A DNA stretch of 63,724 nucleotides from Bacteroidota bacterium. Lineage in GTDB: Bacteria > Bacteroidota > Bacteroidia > Cytophagales > Cyclobacteriaceae. The position numbers and the translations under genes were made by a program. The stretch spans positions 1 to 63,724 of the forward strand of contig JBCBHL010000001.1 in NCBI GenBank assembly GCA_038525605.1, in the 5' to 3' direction. Positions 20,189 to 30,831 of this stretch are shown one piece after another. The notes below the pieces were generated by a model, which saw nothing but the letters and a program-made list of their open reading frames with translations, was not told the DNA's origin and ran no database searches. Numbering within the stretch: the first letter of the stretch is position 1; each line of letters starts with the position of its first letter.

Positions 20189-21529
20189 TTAAATATGATG
20201 ATTTAAACTTTCCTGAAGCATCGGATGGTTTTTCGCCACCAAAGGCTTCTTCGCTAAATTACTTAACACAACATACAAGAACGATCCGGCATAAATTGCA
20301 AGCAATCCAATTTCAAGCAATCCAAATCCTCCGTTTTCCTGTAATGTACCTGGAGTAATCATTAAGTAAAAATCTAACCAGTGACCGAAAATGATAATCG
20401 GGCAAACTACCTTCAAAATTCTTCCATGTCTCTTCGAATCTCTCGTCATTAACAATAAGAAAGGTAAGAAGAAGTTTAAAATCAAATTAATGAAGAAAAC
20501 TGGTGCATAATGATCGTTTTTCCATCTCTCAACGAAATATATGGTCTCTTCCGGAATACCTGCATAATAGATCAGTAGGAACTGAGAAAACCAGATATAT
20601 GTCCAGAAAATACTAAAAGCAAAAACAAACTTTCCTAAGTCGTGTACGTGATTGGCATTCACCACCTTCAAATATCCCTTATCCTTGAGCAATACTACTA
20701 TAAAGGTAATTAGCGCAAGTCCTGATACCCACCAGCTGGCAAATACGTACCAACCAAACATTGTTGAGAACCAGTGCGTGTCAATGGACATTACCCAATC
20801 CCATGCTGCCATTGAACTGGATACTGCAAAGAATACAAGGAATATAGCGGACCACTTTCTCATGCTCTTCCACAAGTCAACGCCTCCTATCTCATCTTCT
20901 TTGTAGGCAAAAACAGCTAATTTTTTAAACAACCAGTACCACACACCAAAGAACACTAAAAATCTACCAATGTAAAATCCTTGATTTAGATACCAGGACT
21001 TCCCGGCAATTATCTTGTCATAATTAGCACTTTCCGGATCATACAATGAACTATCTAACCAGTGGAAAAGTGAATGTGAGCTATATGAAGCGCCAAAAAC
21101 CACTGCTATTGATAATGCAGCAAAAGGTAACCAGTTACCGAAAGCCAAAGGCACTCTTAAAACTCCAGCGGACCAACCGGCCTGAGAAGCATATTGAATC
21201 GCAAAAAAGAAAATTCCTATCAGTGCTAAACCAACAAAAAAGATACTATTAATCCATAAATTAGAAAATAATCTCTTCTGCCAGACCGGAGCACCATGAT
21301 GATGACCATCTTCTCCCCCACCAGCAGCAACTGTTTTCATTTCAACATCAGATTGATTTACGGTCTCAATCTTAACTTGTCCGGCATCTGCATGGCCATG
21401 ATCGTCTCCGTGACCACCACCAGACATAGTAATTAACAATCCACCAATTGTAAGTACTATTCCAATTACAATAGTGATCAATAAAGCCTTTTTCGTACCG
21501 GAAGTAAATTCGTATTTTTCTTCAATCAT
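20189..21529 (-). CDS. actF: Alternative Complex III subunit ActF (quinol:cytochrome c oxidoreductase membrane subunit)
   Basis: 446 aa polytopic NrfD-like membrane protein at the ActF position after ActE. It has a His-rich loop (GGGHGDDHGHADAG). Confidence 0.75.
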   Translation of the reverse strand: MIEEKYEFTSGTKKALLITIVIGIVLTIGGLLITMSGGGHGDDHGHADAGQVKIETVNQSDVEMKTVAAGGGEDGHHHGAPVWQKRLFSNLWINSIFFVGLALIGIFFFAIQYASQAGWSAGVLRVPLAFGNWLPFAALSIAVVFGASYSSHSLFHWLDSSLYDPESANYDKIIAGKSWYLNQGFYIGRFLVFFGVWYWLFKKLAVFAYKEDEIGGVDLWKSMRKWSAIFLVFFAVSSSMAAWDWVMSIDTHWFSTMFGWYVFASWWVSGLALITFIVVLLKDKGYLKVVNANHVHDLGKFVFAFSIFWTYIWFSQFLLIYYAGIPEETIYFVERWKNDHYAPVFFINLILNFFLPFLLLMTRDSKRHGRILKVVCPIIIFGHWLDFYLMITPGTLQENGGFGLLEIGLLAIYAGSFLYVVLSNLAKKPLVAKNHPMLQESLNHHI

Positions 21530-21545
21530 CTCTTTAAAAAATCAA

Positions 21546-22181
21546 TTACTGCTTTTGCAATTTTTGAACATACTTTACAATCTTCCACCTGTCCTCTACA
21601 CTAATTTGAGAAGCATGTGCACCCATACGGCCTTTACCATGTGTAATTACATGAAAAATATGACCCTCTGGTTTGTCTTTCAATGCATCTGAGGCATAAT
21701 TAGGAACACCGAGGTAAACCTTACCTACAAGGCCGTCTCCAGCACCCTTTTCACCATGACAGTGCTCACAAAATCTGTCGTATAATACTTTTCCTTCTTT
21801 CAGAACAGCTTCAGAATCCTTTATTGGACTAGGCACTAAAGCAGCAGCTTCCAAATCATCCTTTTCAAGTCTGTAAGGAACATACTTAGCTCTTCGAACA
21901 GTACCGGCAACAGGCTCTCTCATAGTCATCCTGTTGGCATTGTATGGATTCGAATTGTAGAATTCACCCTGGTTATCTTCAGGATTTGAATCTAACCATT
22001 CTCCCTGAGTCTTGTCAGTAATCTGAGTAAGAGGCTCATAAGGTATTGAATGATACATTTGTGGTGCGTATTCAACACCAGTATAATCATCCTTAGCTGC
22101 ACAGGAGCTTAACAAAGCTATAATGCTAAGAACTAGTATCGATTTGATTACGTTAGTATGGTTCATCTTCAATAAATCCAC
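21546..22181 (-). CDS. actE: Alternative Complex III monoheme cytochrome c subunit ActE (lipoprotein)
   Basis: 211 aa with a lipobox (LLSSC) and a single CEHCHG heme-binding motif. Confidence 0.8.
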   Translation of the reverse strand: MDLLKMNHTNVIKSILVLSIIALLSSCAAKDDYTGVEYAPQMYHSIPYEPLTQITDKTQGEWLDSNPEDNQGEFYNSNPYNANRMTMREPVAGTVRRAKYVPYRLEKDDLEAAALVPSPIKDSEAVLKEGKVLYDRFCEHCHGEKGAGDGLVGKVYLGVPNYASDALKDKPEGHIFHVITHGKGRMGAHASQISVEDRWKIVKYVQKLQKQ

Positions 22182-22723
22182 TATTCAAAATCTTTATTAT
22201 TCACCTCAGCAGCACCAGAACCGGAAATAATTCCTTTAATCTGATCTTCTGATAAATTATTTTTTGCCAAATCAACAGCCATTACGTGCTTGTCATCTGT
22301 TACTCTGATATCAAACAACCTAGGTTTTGCCCACGGTTTCAGTCCACTGATTACCAGGAATGTACCTACCATACCGAATGAGGCAAGCAGTACTGTCAAC
22401 TCAAAAGTAACAGGGATAAAATCAGGAATTGCCACGTGATCCTTTCCACCAATGATCATTGGCCAGTCAACTCCAAGCATACCAATCTGCATTGTAAGAG
22501 CAAGGGAAGTTCCTAACAAACCGAACATAAACGCTACAATTGACAGTCTTGATCTTTTATAACCCAGCACATCTTCGATTCCATGCACAGGAAACGGAGA
22601 GTATACCTCATGGATTTTGACTCCTTCCTCACGCACATGCTTGATGGCCTTCAACAGCACATCTTCATCATCATAAATGCCTAGAACAAAATTCTTATCG
22701 CCTTCCATATTCTTAATTTTCAA
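22181..22723 (-). CDS. actD: Alternative Complex III subunit ActD (DUF3341)
   Basis: 180 aa with two central TM helices. It is overlapped by the actC end and abuts the actE start, the canonical ACIII order. Confidence 0.75.
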   Translation of the reverse strand: MKIKNMEGDKNFVLGIYDDEDVLLKAIKHVREEGVKIHEVYSPFPVHGIEDVLGYKRSRLSIVAFMFGLLGTSLALTMQIGMLGVDWPMIIGGKDHVAIPDFIPVTFELTVLLASFGMVGTFLVISGLKPWAKPRLFDIRVTDDKHVMAVDLAKNNLSEDQIKGIISGSGAAEVNNKDFE

Positions 22724-24119
22724 CTTTTTCAGTTGTTTCTACCTGAGATTCTTTTGATGCTAATTTTTCACCAGTAGCTTTCACAATACTCTTCACTTCT
22801 GCCATGTTGATCACAGGGAAGAACTTAGCGAATAAAAAGAATAAAGTAAAAAACAAACCAAATGTGAACAGGTAAGTACCTACATCATACATAGTGGGCT
22901 CGAACATTGCCCAGCTCGAAGGCAGGTAATCTCTGTGTAATGAGGTTACAATGATCACAAATCTTTCGAACCACATTCCAATATTCACAATGATTGAAAT
23001 AATGAATGTAGAAGCAATATTTGTTCTGATCTTCTTGAACCAGAATAACTGAGGAGAAATCACATTACATGTCATCATTGACCAGTAAGCCCAACTGTAC
23101 GGCCCAAAAGCTCTGTTAATAAATGCATATTGTTCAGCCTCTACTCCGGAATAAGAAGCGATGAAAAATTCAGTAATATATGCAATACCCACTATCGACC
23201 CAGTCACAATGATTACAATGTTCATCATTTCAAGGTGTTGCAGGGTAATATAGTCTTCTAATTTATAAACCTTCCTTGTTACGATCAACAAGGTAAGTAC
23301 CATAGCAAATCCTGAGAAGATAGCACCAGCTACAAAGTATGGAGGAAATATTGTTGTATGCCATCCTGGAATCACAGAGGTTGCAAAGTCAAAAGATACA
23401 ATGGTATGTACAGAAAGTACCAGTGGCGTTGCAAGTCCTGCAAGTACCAACGAAACTGTTTCATATCTTGACCATGTTTTAGCAGCTCCGTCCCAACCAA
23501 AACTCAATGCGCCATAGATAGCCGCTGATATTTTGTTAGTTGCTCTGTCTCTAATTGTTGCAAAATCGGGAATCAGACCGATATACCAGAAAACAAGGGA
23601 TACCGAGAAATAAGTTGAAATTGCAAAAACGTCCCAAAGAAGCGGAGAATTGAAGTTCACCCATAAAGAACCGTATGTATTTGGCAATGGTAAAGCCCAG
23701 AAAGCCCCTAACCAAGGCCGTCCCATGTGCAATACAGGGAACATAGCGGCACAAATTACGGCAAATATCGTCATCGCTTCAGAAGCTCTGTTGATAGACA
23801 TTCTCCATCTCTGTCTGAATAGCAACAATACAGCGGAAATAAGTGTTCCGGCATGACCGATACCTACCCACCATACGAAGTTGGTGATATCCCAAGCCCA
23901 TCCAATGGTATTGTTATTACCCCAAACTCCAATACCTTCCCACAGTAAGCCACCTACATAGTAACCTCCGACGGCTAGCATACCAAGAGAAATTGCCATG
24001 ACAAGTAGCCAAAGAGGTGCTGGCTTTTGTTCTACTCTTTTTGCGATATCATCTGTGACATCATGAACCGATTTACCACCGGTTATTAAGGGTTCGCGAA
24101 CTGCTGATTCTACAACCAT
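22713..24119 (-). CDS. actC: Alternative Complex III quinol-interacting subunit ActC (NrfD/PsrC family)
   Basis: 468 aa, about 10 TM helices, with NrfD-type blocks ([27 protein letters not shown]). Confidence 0.85.
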   Translation of the reverse strand: MVVESAVREPLITGGKSVHDVTDDIAKRVEQKPAPLWLLVMAISLGMLAVGGYYVGGLLWEGIGVWGNNNTIGWAWDITNFVWWVGIGHAGTLISAVLLLFRQRWRMSINRASEAMTIFAVICAAMFPVLHMGRPWLGAFWALPLPNTYGSLWVNFNSPLLWDVFAISTYFSVSLVFWYIGLIPDFATIRDRATNKISAAIYGALSFGWDGAAKTWSRYETVSLVLAGLATPLVLSVHTIVSFDFATSVIPGWHTTIFPPYFVAGAIFSGFAMVLTLLIVTRKVYKLEDYITLQHLEMMNIVIIVTGSIVGIAYITEFFIASYSGVEAEQYAFINRAFGPYSWAYWSMMTCNVISPQLFWFKKIRTNIASTFIISIIVNIGMWFERFVIIVTSLHRDYLPSSWAMFEPTMYDVGTYLFTFGLFFTLFFLFAKFFPVINMAEVKSIVKATGEKLASKESQVETTEKVEN

Positions 24120-24132
24120 AAGCTATTTATAA

Positions 24133-27100
24133 TTAAGCGTGAGCTTCTTTATTAGATTCCTCGTCTTTATTTCTGATTTTAGTCATGTACCAAACGTTTG
24201 GCATAACTCTTAATTCTTCCAATGCATGGAATGCTCTTGGCTCCTGTGCCTCAACCATTTTTTCCTCTCTCTTAATTTTAAGAAGTTTGGAAATTTTGCT
24301 TTGAGGATCATTCATATCACCGAATACCAATGCATCCGTAGGACATGAACTTGCACAAGCTGATACAATCTCACCATCAACTGGTCTTCTGTTTTCTTTC
24401 TTCGCCTGAAGTTTTCCGGCCTGTACTCTTTGAACACAGAAAGAACATTTCTCCATAACACCTCTGGCTCTAACAGTTACGTCAGGGTTTAAAACCATTT
24501 TACCAAGGTTGTTATTCATAGCAGTATTCTTATCAAACTGCTTATTATCATGGAACTTGAACCAGTTAAATCTTCTAACCTTATAAGGACAGTTGTTTGC
24601 ACAATATCTTGTACCGATACATCTGTTATAAGTCATTTGATTCAAGCCTTCTGAACTATGCGTAGTAGCAGCAACAGGACATACAGTCTCGCAAGGAGCA
24701 TTGTTACACTGCTGACACATCATTGGCTGGAACACAACTTCCGGGTTGGCAGCTGCCTGTTCTTTGATGTCTAATGCATCGAAGAAACCAGTTTCCTCAT
24801 CAATTCTTTCATCATCGAAGGAATAATACCTATCAATTCTTAACCAGGCCATTGATCGACCGTTGATGATCTGATCTTTACCTACAACTGGAATGTTGTT
24901 TTCTACCTGACAAGCAATTGTACATGAACCGCAACCTGTACACGAATTCAAATCGATTGCCATTCCCCAATGGTGATTGTTGTAAGAGTGACCACTCCAC
25001 AATGTCACAGCATTAGGTGATTGTTTGTTACCAGAAGCATCGGTAATTTTGATTTGATGTCTTCCAGCATATTCATCCTGTTGGTAATTTTTCAGGATGC
25101 TTTCCTGCACCACAAAAGTTCTTCCTGCATATGTTTCAGCAGTCTGAGTTTGTGCTACTTTATATTCTTCATCTGTCAATGCTACAGTTACATCAGCAAC
25201 ATTTAGATGATTTGCTCCATTTACATATTTAATGAATGGATATGCATTTACACCTACACCGTCACCAACCTTACCTGCTTTGGTTCTACCGTAACCAAGT
25301 GAAAGTCCGATTGTACCTTCCGCCTGACCTGGCTGAACTATTACCGGAACTTTAACAGTCGTACCACCAACAGTGAGGTTGGCTAACCTGGATTTCATAT
25401 ATCCAAGTTTAATCCCGTTGGTATCTGCCCATTCAGCAGACACAGTAATATAATTATCCCAACAAGCCTTTGTGATAGGATCTGACATTTCATGTAACCA
25501 AGGGTTATTACCCTGGAAACCAGTACCTAAAGTACCTGATTCATAAATTGCCAATTCAATCCCACTGCTTTTTGCTTTAGATACGATAACACCGGAAACA
25601 TCGTAATTAAATACCGCTGTTTCTTCAGGTACAGCATAATCTACTAACACGCCTTTGTATAAACAGTCATCGAAGAACGACTGGAAATTAGCAAAATCAG
25701 CCACATTGCTGTGAGTTGACCATCTGTTTCTCAGATAATCGTAGTAAGATGAAGTTTCGCTACCTGACCACACAAGGAATGATTCCTGAGCTTGTCTTGT
25801 ATCGAAAATATTGCTGATGGTTGGCTGAGAAAAGCTGTAAGTTCCTGATATTGGTTCGAAATCATTCCATGACTCGAGATAATGATGATCAGGAGCGTTG
25901 TACTTCACTAATGAAGATGTTTCGTCAGCTCTGTCCGTAGTTGAAACAGTTGCAGGAAGACCAGCAATCGCAGAAGCAATTTCAGCGCCTCTTGCATGAT
26001 CATAAACAGGATTACAATTGAAGAATATCACAGCCCCAGCTGATTTATTTATCATATTGTCAACCAATCTATTCATTTGAGCATCGTTACCTTTTCTAAG
26101 ATTAACACTCTTATTAATATCTAATGTGTTACCATAATTACCCAATAAAGAGTTAATGGCATTTACAAGAATTTGTACATTTTGATCATTTGATCCGGCT
26201 ACTACAATCGACTCTCCTCTGCTTTTCAGAAGATCATTTGCCGCCTTTGTCAAATTGGTTTTATCCGCAATACTACCGGCACTCACCTGAGCCCCACCAG
26301 TCTTTGCAGCAACCATATTGTATAAGTTAGCTACATAAGAAGCTTCTTCTGAAGGTCTGATTCTGGTTCTGTAGTCAGCGTTTGCACCAGTCAAGGAAAG
26401 ATTTGATTCGAATGCATAAAGCCTTGACATAGTTTTCTTTCCGCCTCCCAACTTTCTGGTTTGTGCAAACTGCTTGTTATTGGCAGCATGAGAGTAATGC
26501 GCACCGAGGAAATCAGCGCCAATACTTACAATAGTCTTTGCTTTAGAATAGTCGTATGATGGTAAAGCTCTCTTGCCGAAAGTCGCTTCGTTGGCAGAAA
26601 GTACTCCGTGTGAAGAATTAGGATCATACATCACATGCTCAAACGAAGTAAATCTATTCTTCAATTCATCGATAGCTGCCTGCGTAGATGGACTAAAAAC
26701 AGAATAACTTACTAAAGTTACTTTTCCAGCCGAAGAAAGTGCTGAAGAAACCTGACCGTCAAGGTCTGACCAGCTGGCTTCCTTTTGATCAATCTGAGGT
26801 CCTTTTAGTCTTTGCTGATCATATAAAGATAAAACTGAAGCCTCTGACTGTGCTGTAGTAGCACCGCCATTGAATTCAGCATAGGAATTACCTTCTACTT
26901 TTATAGGTCTACCCTCTCTGGTCTTTACAACCAGAGCATTGTAATCATTACCTGTCAGATAGGAAGTGGCATAATAGTTAGGAATAGCCGGATCAACATC
27001 TACTGGCTTCTTCACATAAGGTATTGCCTTTCTGATTGGTGCCTCACAAGCAACCAAAGAAGCTGCTGCGATACCAAAACCCATCATTTTGAGAAAATCT

Positions 27101-27231
27101 CGTCTGTTGGGAGCTTCTTCTTCACTTATTGGAAGCGCATCAGGAAACTCCTTGTCAGCATTTTTCACGAACTCAACGTCATTGGTCAATTGCTCTAGGC
27201 CTTTCCAGTATACTTTATTCGTTTTTTTCAT
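24133..27231 (-). CDS. actB: Alternative Complex III subunit ActB (fused molybdopterin-oxidoreductase-like and 4Fe-4S ferredoxin domains, TAT signal)
   Basis: 1032 aa with twin-arginine motif NRRDFLKMMGFG. The C-terminal Fe-S cluster motifs are CTGCGSCTIACQ, CQQCNNAPCETVCP, CIGTRYCANNCP and CSFCVQR. Confidence 0.9.
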   Translation of the reverse strand: MKKTNKVYWKGLEQLTNDVEFVKNADKEFPDALPISEEEAPNRRDFLKMMGFGIAAASLVACEAPIRKAIPYVKKPVDVDPAIPNYYATSYLTGNDYNALVVKTREGRPIKVEGNSYAEFNGGATTAQSEASVLSLYDQQRLKGPQIDQKEASWSDLDGQVSSALSSAGKVTLVSYSVFSPSTQAAIDELKNRFTSFEHVMYDPNSSHGVLSANEATFGKRALPSYDYSKAKTIVSIGADFLGAHYSHAANNKQFAQTRKLGGGKKTMSRLYAFESNLSLTGANADYRTRIRPSEEASYVANLYNMVAAKTGGAQVSAGSIADKTNLTKAANDLLKSRGESIVVAGSNDQNVQILVNAINSLLGNYGNTLDINKSVNLRKGNDAQMNRLVDNMINKSAGAVIFFNCNPVYDHARGAEIASAIAGLPATVSTTDRADETSSLVKYNAPDHHYLESWNDFEPISGTYSFSQPTISNIFDTRQAQESFLVWSGSETSSYYDYLRNRWSTHSNVADFANFQSFFDDCLYKGVLVDYAVPEETAVFNYDVSGVIVSKAKSSGIELAIYESGTLGTGFQGNNPWLHEMSDPITKACWDNYITVSAEWADTNGIKLGYMKSRLANLTVGGTTVKVPVIVQPGQAEGTIGLSLGYGRTKAGKVGDGVGVNAYPFIKYVNGANHLNVADVTVALTDEEYKVAQTQTAETYAGRTFVVQESILKNYQQDEYAGRHQIKITDASGNKQSPNAVTLWSGHSYNNHHWGMAIDLNSCTGCGSCTIACQVENNIPVVGKDQIINGRSMAWLRIDRYYSFDDERIDEETGFFDALDIKEQAAANPEVVFQPMMCQQCNNAPCETVCPVAATTHSSEGLNQMTYNRCIGTRYCANNCPYKVRRFNWFKFHDNKQFDKNTAMNNNLGKMVLNPDVTVRARGVMEKCSFCVQRVQAGKLQAKKENRRPVDGEIVSACASSCPTDALVFGDMNDPQSKISKLLKIKREEKMVEAQEPRAFHALEELRVMPNVWYMTKIRNKDEESNKEAHA

Positions 27232-27257
27232 TATGATATTCTAAAGTAAATTCTTGA

Positions 27258-28568
27258 TTAATAATGACATTTTGAACATTCCAAACCGCCGATATCTTCT
27301 ACCTTCATCGGTGTTTTGCCATTGTTATCTTCATGGAGTTCGACCAGTTTATTGTAATATCCATTGCCTTTTGTATTGACATTGGTCTCTCTGTGACAAT
27401 TAATACACCATCCCATCGTGAGAGGTGAATACTGATACACTACTTCCATTTCTTTTATTTCACCATGACAAGTTTCGCATTCCAGGCCACCGACTTGCAC
27501 GTGCTGTGAGTGATTGAAATATGCTAAATCTGGCAAATTATGTACTCTGACCCACTCTATCGGTTTGGTATTATTACCATACTCGAGCGTTTCAGGATTG
27601 TAATCAATAGCTGCGTATATTTTCTGAATTTCAGAAGATTCAGTTTTGATCGCTGAATGGCAATTCATACAGATGTTTGCCGAAGGGATGTTTGCTGACT
27701 TAGCTTTTCGAACACCTGTGTGACAATATTGACAATCAATCTCATATTGCCCTGCATGTATTTTGTGAGAGAAAGCGATTGGTTGCTTTGGCTGATAGTT
27801 CTGCTGTACACCAACAGTAAACAAACCATCAATACCTGCTTTCATACCTAGTGCCACTATAATAAACACAAGTAAACCAACAACTCCGTTACTTTTAAAG
27901 AACTTACCTAAATCAAACCTTTGATTGACCACTTCTGCATCGGCATCCTCCAAATCTTCCTTATCTTTTAATACTTTGGTAAGGATATTAACCATCAGAC
28001 CAAGAACTACCAGAATCAACAATAAAACGATCACTAAGATGACCATTACCGTTGTCACATAGGTAGAATCTACACCTGCATTATTGGCGACAGCTCCGCC
28101 TTCAGTTGTAACCACTTTATCCTCTTGAGGAGGACCTTTGATTGTTTCGTCCTGAATATAAGCTAGCAAAGCGTCAATATCATCATTCTTGAAACTTGAG
28201 AATGAAGTCATCTGAGTTTTGTTGTACTCATTGTAGAGATTTACTGCGTATTCATCTCCGCTACTAATTACCTTAGTGGAATTCTTAATGAATGCGTAGA
28301 TCCATTCCCTACTAGGAACACGTTCCCACACATTTGCAAGCGCAGGACCGATAACTTTTTTATGTACCTGATGACATGAAGTACAATTCGCCTTAAATAA
28401 TTTTTCTCCATTAGCAATGACTGCCGGATCGGTAGAAATACCGTTATCGTCTGCCGCAGTGTCTTGCGCCTGTAATGAATGAAATACAGAAAATAGAGAG
28501 AATATTAAGAGAAAAGCCAGGTAATTTCTTTTGACTTTCGACATTATAGAAGTTTTCTTTTTGTTCAT
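27258..28568 (-). CDS. actA: Alternative Complex III multiheme cytochrome c subunit ActA with an extra N-terminal monoheme domain
   Basis: 436 aa with a signal peptide. CxxCH motifs: CTSCH (N-terminal domain), then a TM segment, then CQYCH, CMNCH, CETCH, CINCH and CSKCH. Confidence 0.85.
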   Translation of the reverse strand: MNKKKTSIMSKVKRNYLAFLLIFSLFSVFHSLQAQDTAADDNGISTDPAVIANGEKLFKANCTSCHQVHKKVIGPALANVWERVPSREWIYAFIKNSTKVISSGDEYAVNLYNEYNKTQMTSFSSFKNDDIDALLAYIQDETIKGPPQEDKVVTTEGGAVANNAGVDSTYVTTVMVILVIVLLLILVVLGLMVNILTKVLKDKEDLEDADAEVVNQRFDLGKFFKSNGVVGLLVFIIVALGMKAGIDGLFTVGVQQNYQPKQPIAFSHKIHAGQYEIDCQYCHTGVRKAKSANIPSANICMNCHSAIKTESSEIQKIYAAIDYNPETLEYGNNTKPIEWVRVHNLPDLAYFNHSQHVQVGGLECETCHGEIKEMEVVYQYSPLTMGWCINCHRETNVNTKGNGYYNKLVELHEDNNGKTPMKVEDIGGLECSKCHY

Positions 28569-28912
28569 TATCTACTCTTACCGATTCAGATGCCACAAAT
28601 GTAATATCGGGTTGGTGTATTTCAAAGTCTTATTTTAGCATAATCAACAGCCTGTTTTAATTTGATGTTTACCATTTTATAAATTAAAATTACTAAAAAA
28701 ATAACTTACTAATAATCAGTGGCTTATAAGTGTTATTATTCGATTTTGAACACTCAGGGCGCTTATTTAGAATTATTTTAAATTACATGGTGAGTCAACT
28801 ATCTTAAAACAATTCACGTCTCCTTAATCCAGCTTTTCTAAAAGAACAAATCTTCTTTGCTTTTTTTATGAATAATTAATCAGATCGACCGGATTGCTAT
28901 CTATTTTTTCAT

Positions 28913-30748
28913 TTACTTCAATAATCTATTGAACACGTCATGAAGATCGGGACGGATATTTAATTGATAAATCTTGCGGTTATTACGGGTGGGATACACT
29001 CTGTTTGATAAGAAAATGAATAAGAGCTCATTCTCCGGATCAGCCCAAACAAAGGTTCCTGTATAACCTGAATGTCCATAGCTTCTGTAGCTTGCTAAAG
29101 GCGAAACACTGCTCTTCACAGGATCATATTCAATCAAAGGTTTGTCAAAACCGAGCCCTCTCCTATTCCCCTCTTCGCAGTACTGGCAACTAGTAAATTT
29201 ATCGATCGTCTGTTTGCTTAGATACCTCGTTCCTCCGTAAGAACCTTCGTTCAAAAGCATTTGCCATACTTTGGCCAAATCATTAGCAGTTGCAAACAAA
29301 CCGGCATTGCCGGATATGCCTCTCATCATAGCTGCGCCTTCATCGTGTACCACCCCATGCAATGGTTTCATTCTGAAAAAAGTGTCTACTTCCGTTGGTA
29401 CTATCCTATCCAAAGGATATTGTACTCCGGCATTAAAACCTATCGTTTCGGCTCCAAGTCCTCCATAAAATTCATCCTTCAAAAAAGATTCAAAGGGCTT
29501 ACCGCTAAGGTTTTCGACAATTTCCGGATAGAGGTAAAAAGACAGTCCCGAATACACATAACCCGGGCTTTGATTTGGTGGCGACTTCCTGATCATTTTG
29601 TAAATAGTCTTTTTATAATCTTTGTGCAGAAATAATGAATCATTCAATTGATGAGTGTATTTTTCATCTTGTTTAGTAGACAAGGTATTTTTTTTGTACC
29701 TCCCGTTCTTGCGTTTTGTGGTAATCCAGTAGGGAATCCACGACTTTAGTCCAGCATTGTGTGCCAGAATGCTACGAAAGGTCAGTTGCTTCTTTTCTTT
29801 ATAAGTAAAATCCGGCCAGTAAGTATAGGCCGGAGCATCTAAATCGAACTTTCCACTATCGTGTAGCTTCATGAGTGCCAGCGTTGCTCCCGTAACTTTC
29901 GTCACTGATGCCAGGTCATAAATATCATCTTTTTGCAAAGCTCGGATCGAATCATATGTGTGGTATCCAAAGGCTTTGTGATAAAACACCTTACCGCTTT
30001 TAACAGCCATCACCTGAACGCCAGGGAATGCCTGAGCTCTAAGCCCTTTTTCCAGTATTTCATATACCTTCTTGTGCAAGGTATCGCTGTCAATCCCAAG
30101 TTCCTCAGGAATAGTATACTTTAGTCTGCTTCTTTCCGTCAACTCGCCCGTCCCGTTGGCATAACGATCCCCAATTGCTTCTTTCAGCGCTCCTTTCGCG
30201 GCAATACCACCAAATAGCAACTGTGCTGTATAGTCCTGCGTTAGCATTTCAGCATCCTGAGACCTCACAACAACCTGAGCCTGGTCTACCCATTGTTGAG
30301 TGGCTATCGAAGAATTGCCCTGCAAGCTTACATATATTATAGTGTAATCATCAAACAGTGACTTCAATCGTTCCATTATCTTTTCTTCTACCGTTGAATC
30401 TGTCTGTATTAAAATCAACGTGCTGACGGAATCGATGGGAAGACTGCCATTATTTAAAGCAGCATTGGAAGCGTTTTCAATGAAATCCGGCTGTCGGTAA
30501 CTCTTACATCGTTCCACAAAAGCATCCGCTGATTTGCTGCCAATGTTCAAAACGCCATAAGACAATTTATCAAGTTGTTTGAATGGTAAAATATCATTTT
30601 CATTTTTTAGCAGTACAATTTCCTGCTCTTTTTGCAATCTCGATAGCAATTCTATGTTATTTTGAGAAAACAATAAATTTGAGAAGATCAAACAAAAAAA
30701 TCCGGCGATCAACCATTTCATATACATAGTACTGCTAATTTTACCCAT
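28913..30748 (-). CDS. Serine hydrolase (class C beta-lactamase/PBP-like domain) with an N-terminal extension
   Basis: 611 aa with a signal peptide, an S-x-x-K active-site motif (LASVTKV), and a C-terminal HSGYTG block typical of this family. The true start may be one of the nearby Met codons (MYMKW). Confidence 0.8.
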   Translation of the reverse strand: MGKISSTMYMKWLIAGFFCLIFSNLLFSQNNIELLSRLQKEQEIVLLKNENDILPFKQLDKLSYGVLNIGSKSADAFVERCKSYRQPDFIENASNAALNNGSLPIDSVSTLILIQTDSTVEEKIMERLKSLFDDYTIIYVSLQGNSSIATQQWVDQAQVVVRSQDAEMLTQDYTAQLLFGGIAAKGALKEAIGDRYANGTGELTERSRLKYTIPEELGIDSDTLHKKVYEILEKGLRAQAFPGVQVMAVKSGKVFYHKAFGYHTYDSIRALQKDDIYDLASVTKVTGATLALMKLHDSGKFDLDAPAYTYWPDFTYKEKKQLTFRSILAHNAGLKSWIPYWITTKRKNGRYKKNTLSTKQDEKYTHQLNDSLFLHKDYKKTIYKMIRKSPPNQSPGYVYSGLSFYLYPEIVENLSGKPFESFLKDEFYGGLGAETIGFNAGVQYPLDRIVPTEVDTFFRMKPLHGVVHDEGAAMMRGISGNAGLFATANDLAKVWQMLLNEGSYGGTRYLSKQTIDKFTSCQYCEEGNRRGLGFDKPLIEYDPVKSSVSPLASYRSYGHSGYTGTFVWADPENELLFIFLSNRVYPTRNNRKIYQLNIRPDLHDVFNRLLK

Positions 30749-30831
30749 TGATATTTATTCAAATATAAGCCCTGAATTGTAAATATCAGTTCAGAGTTGA
30801 AGAGTAAAGTTTTTTGAAAAGATTCATCGCA

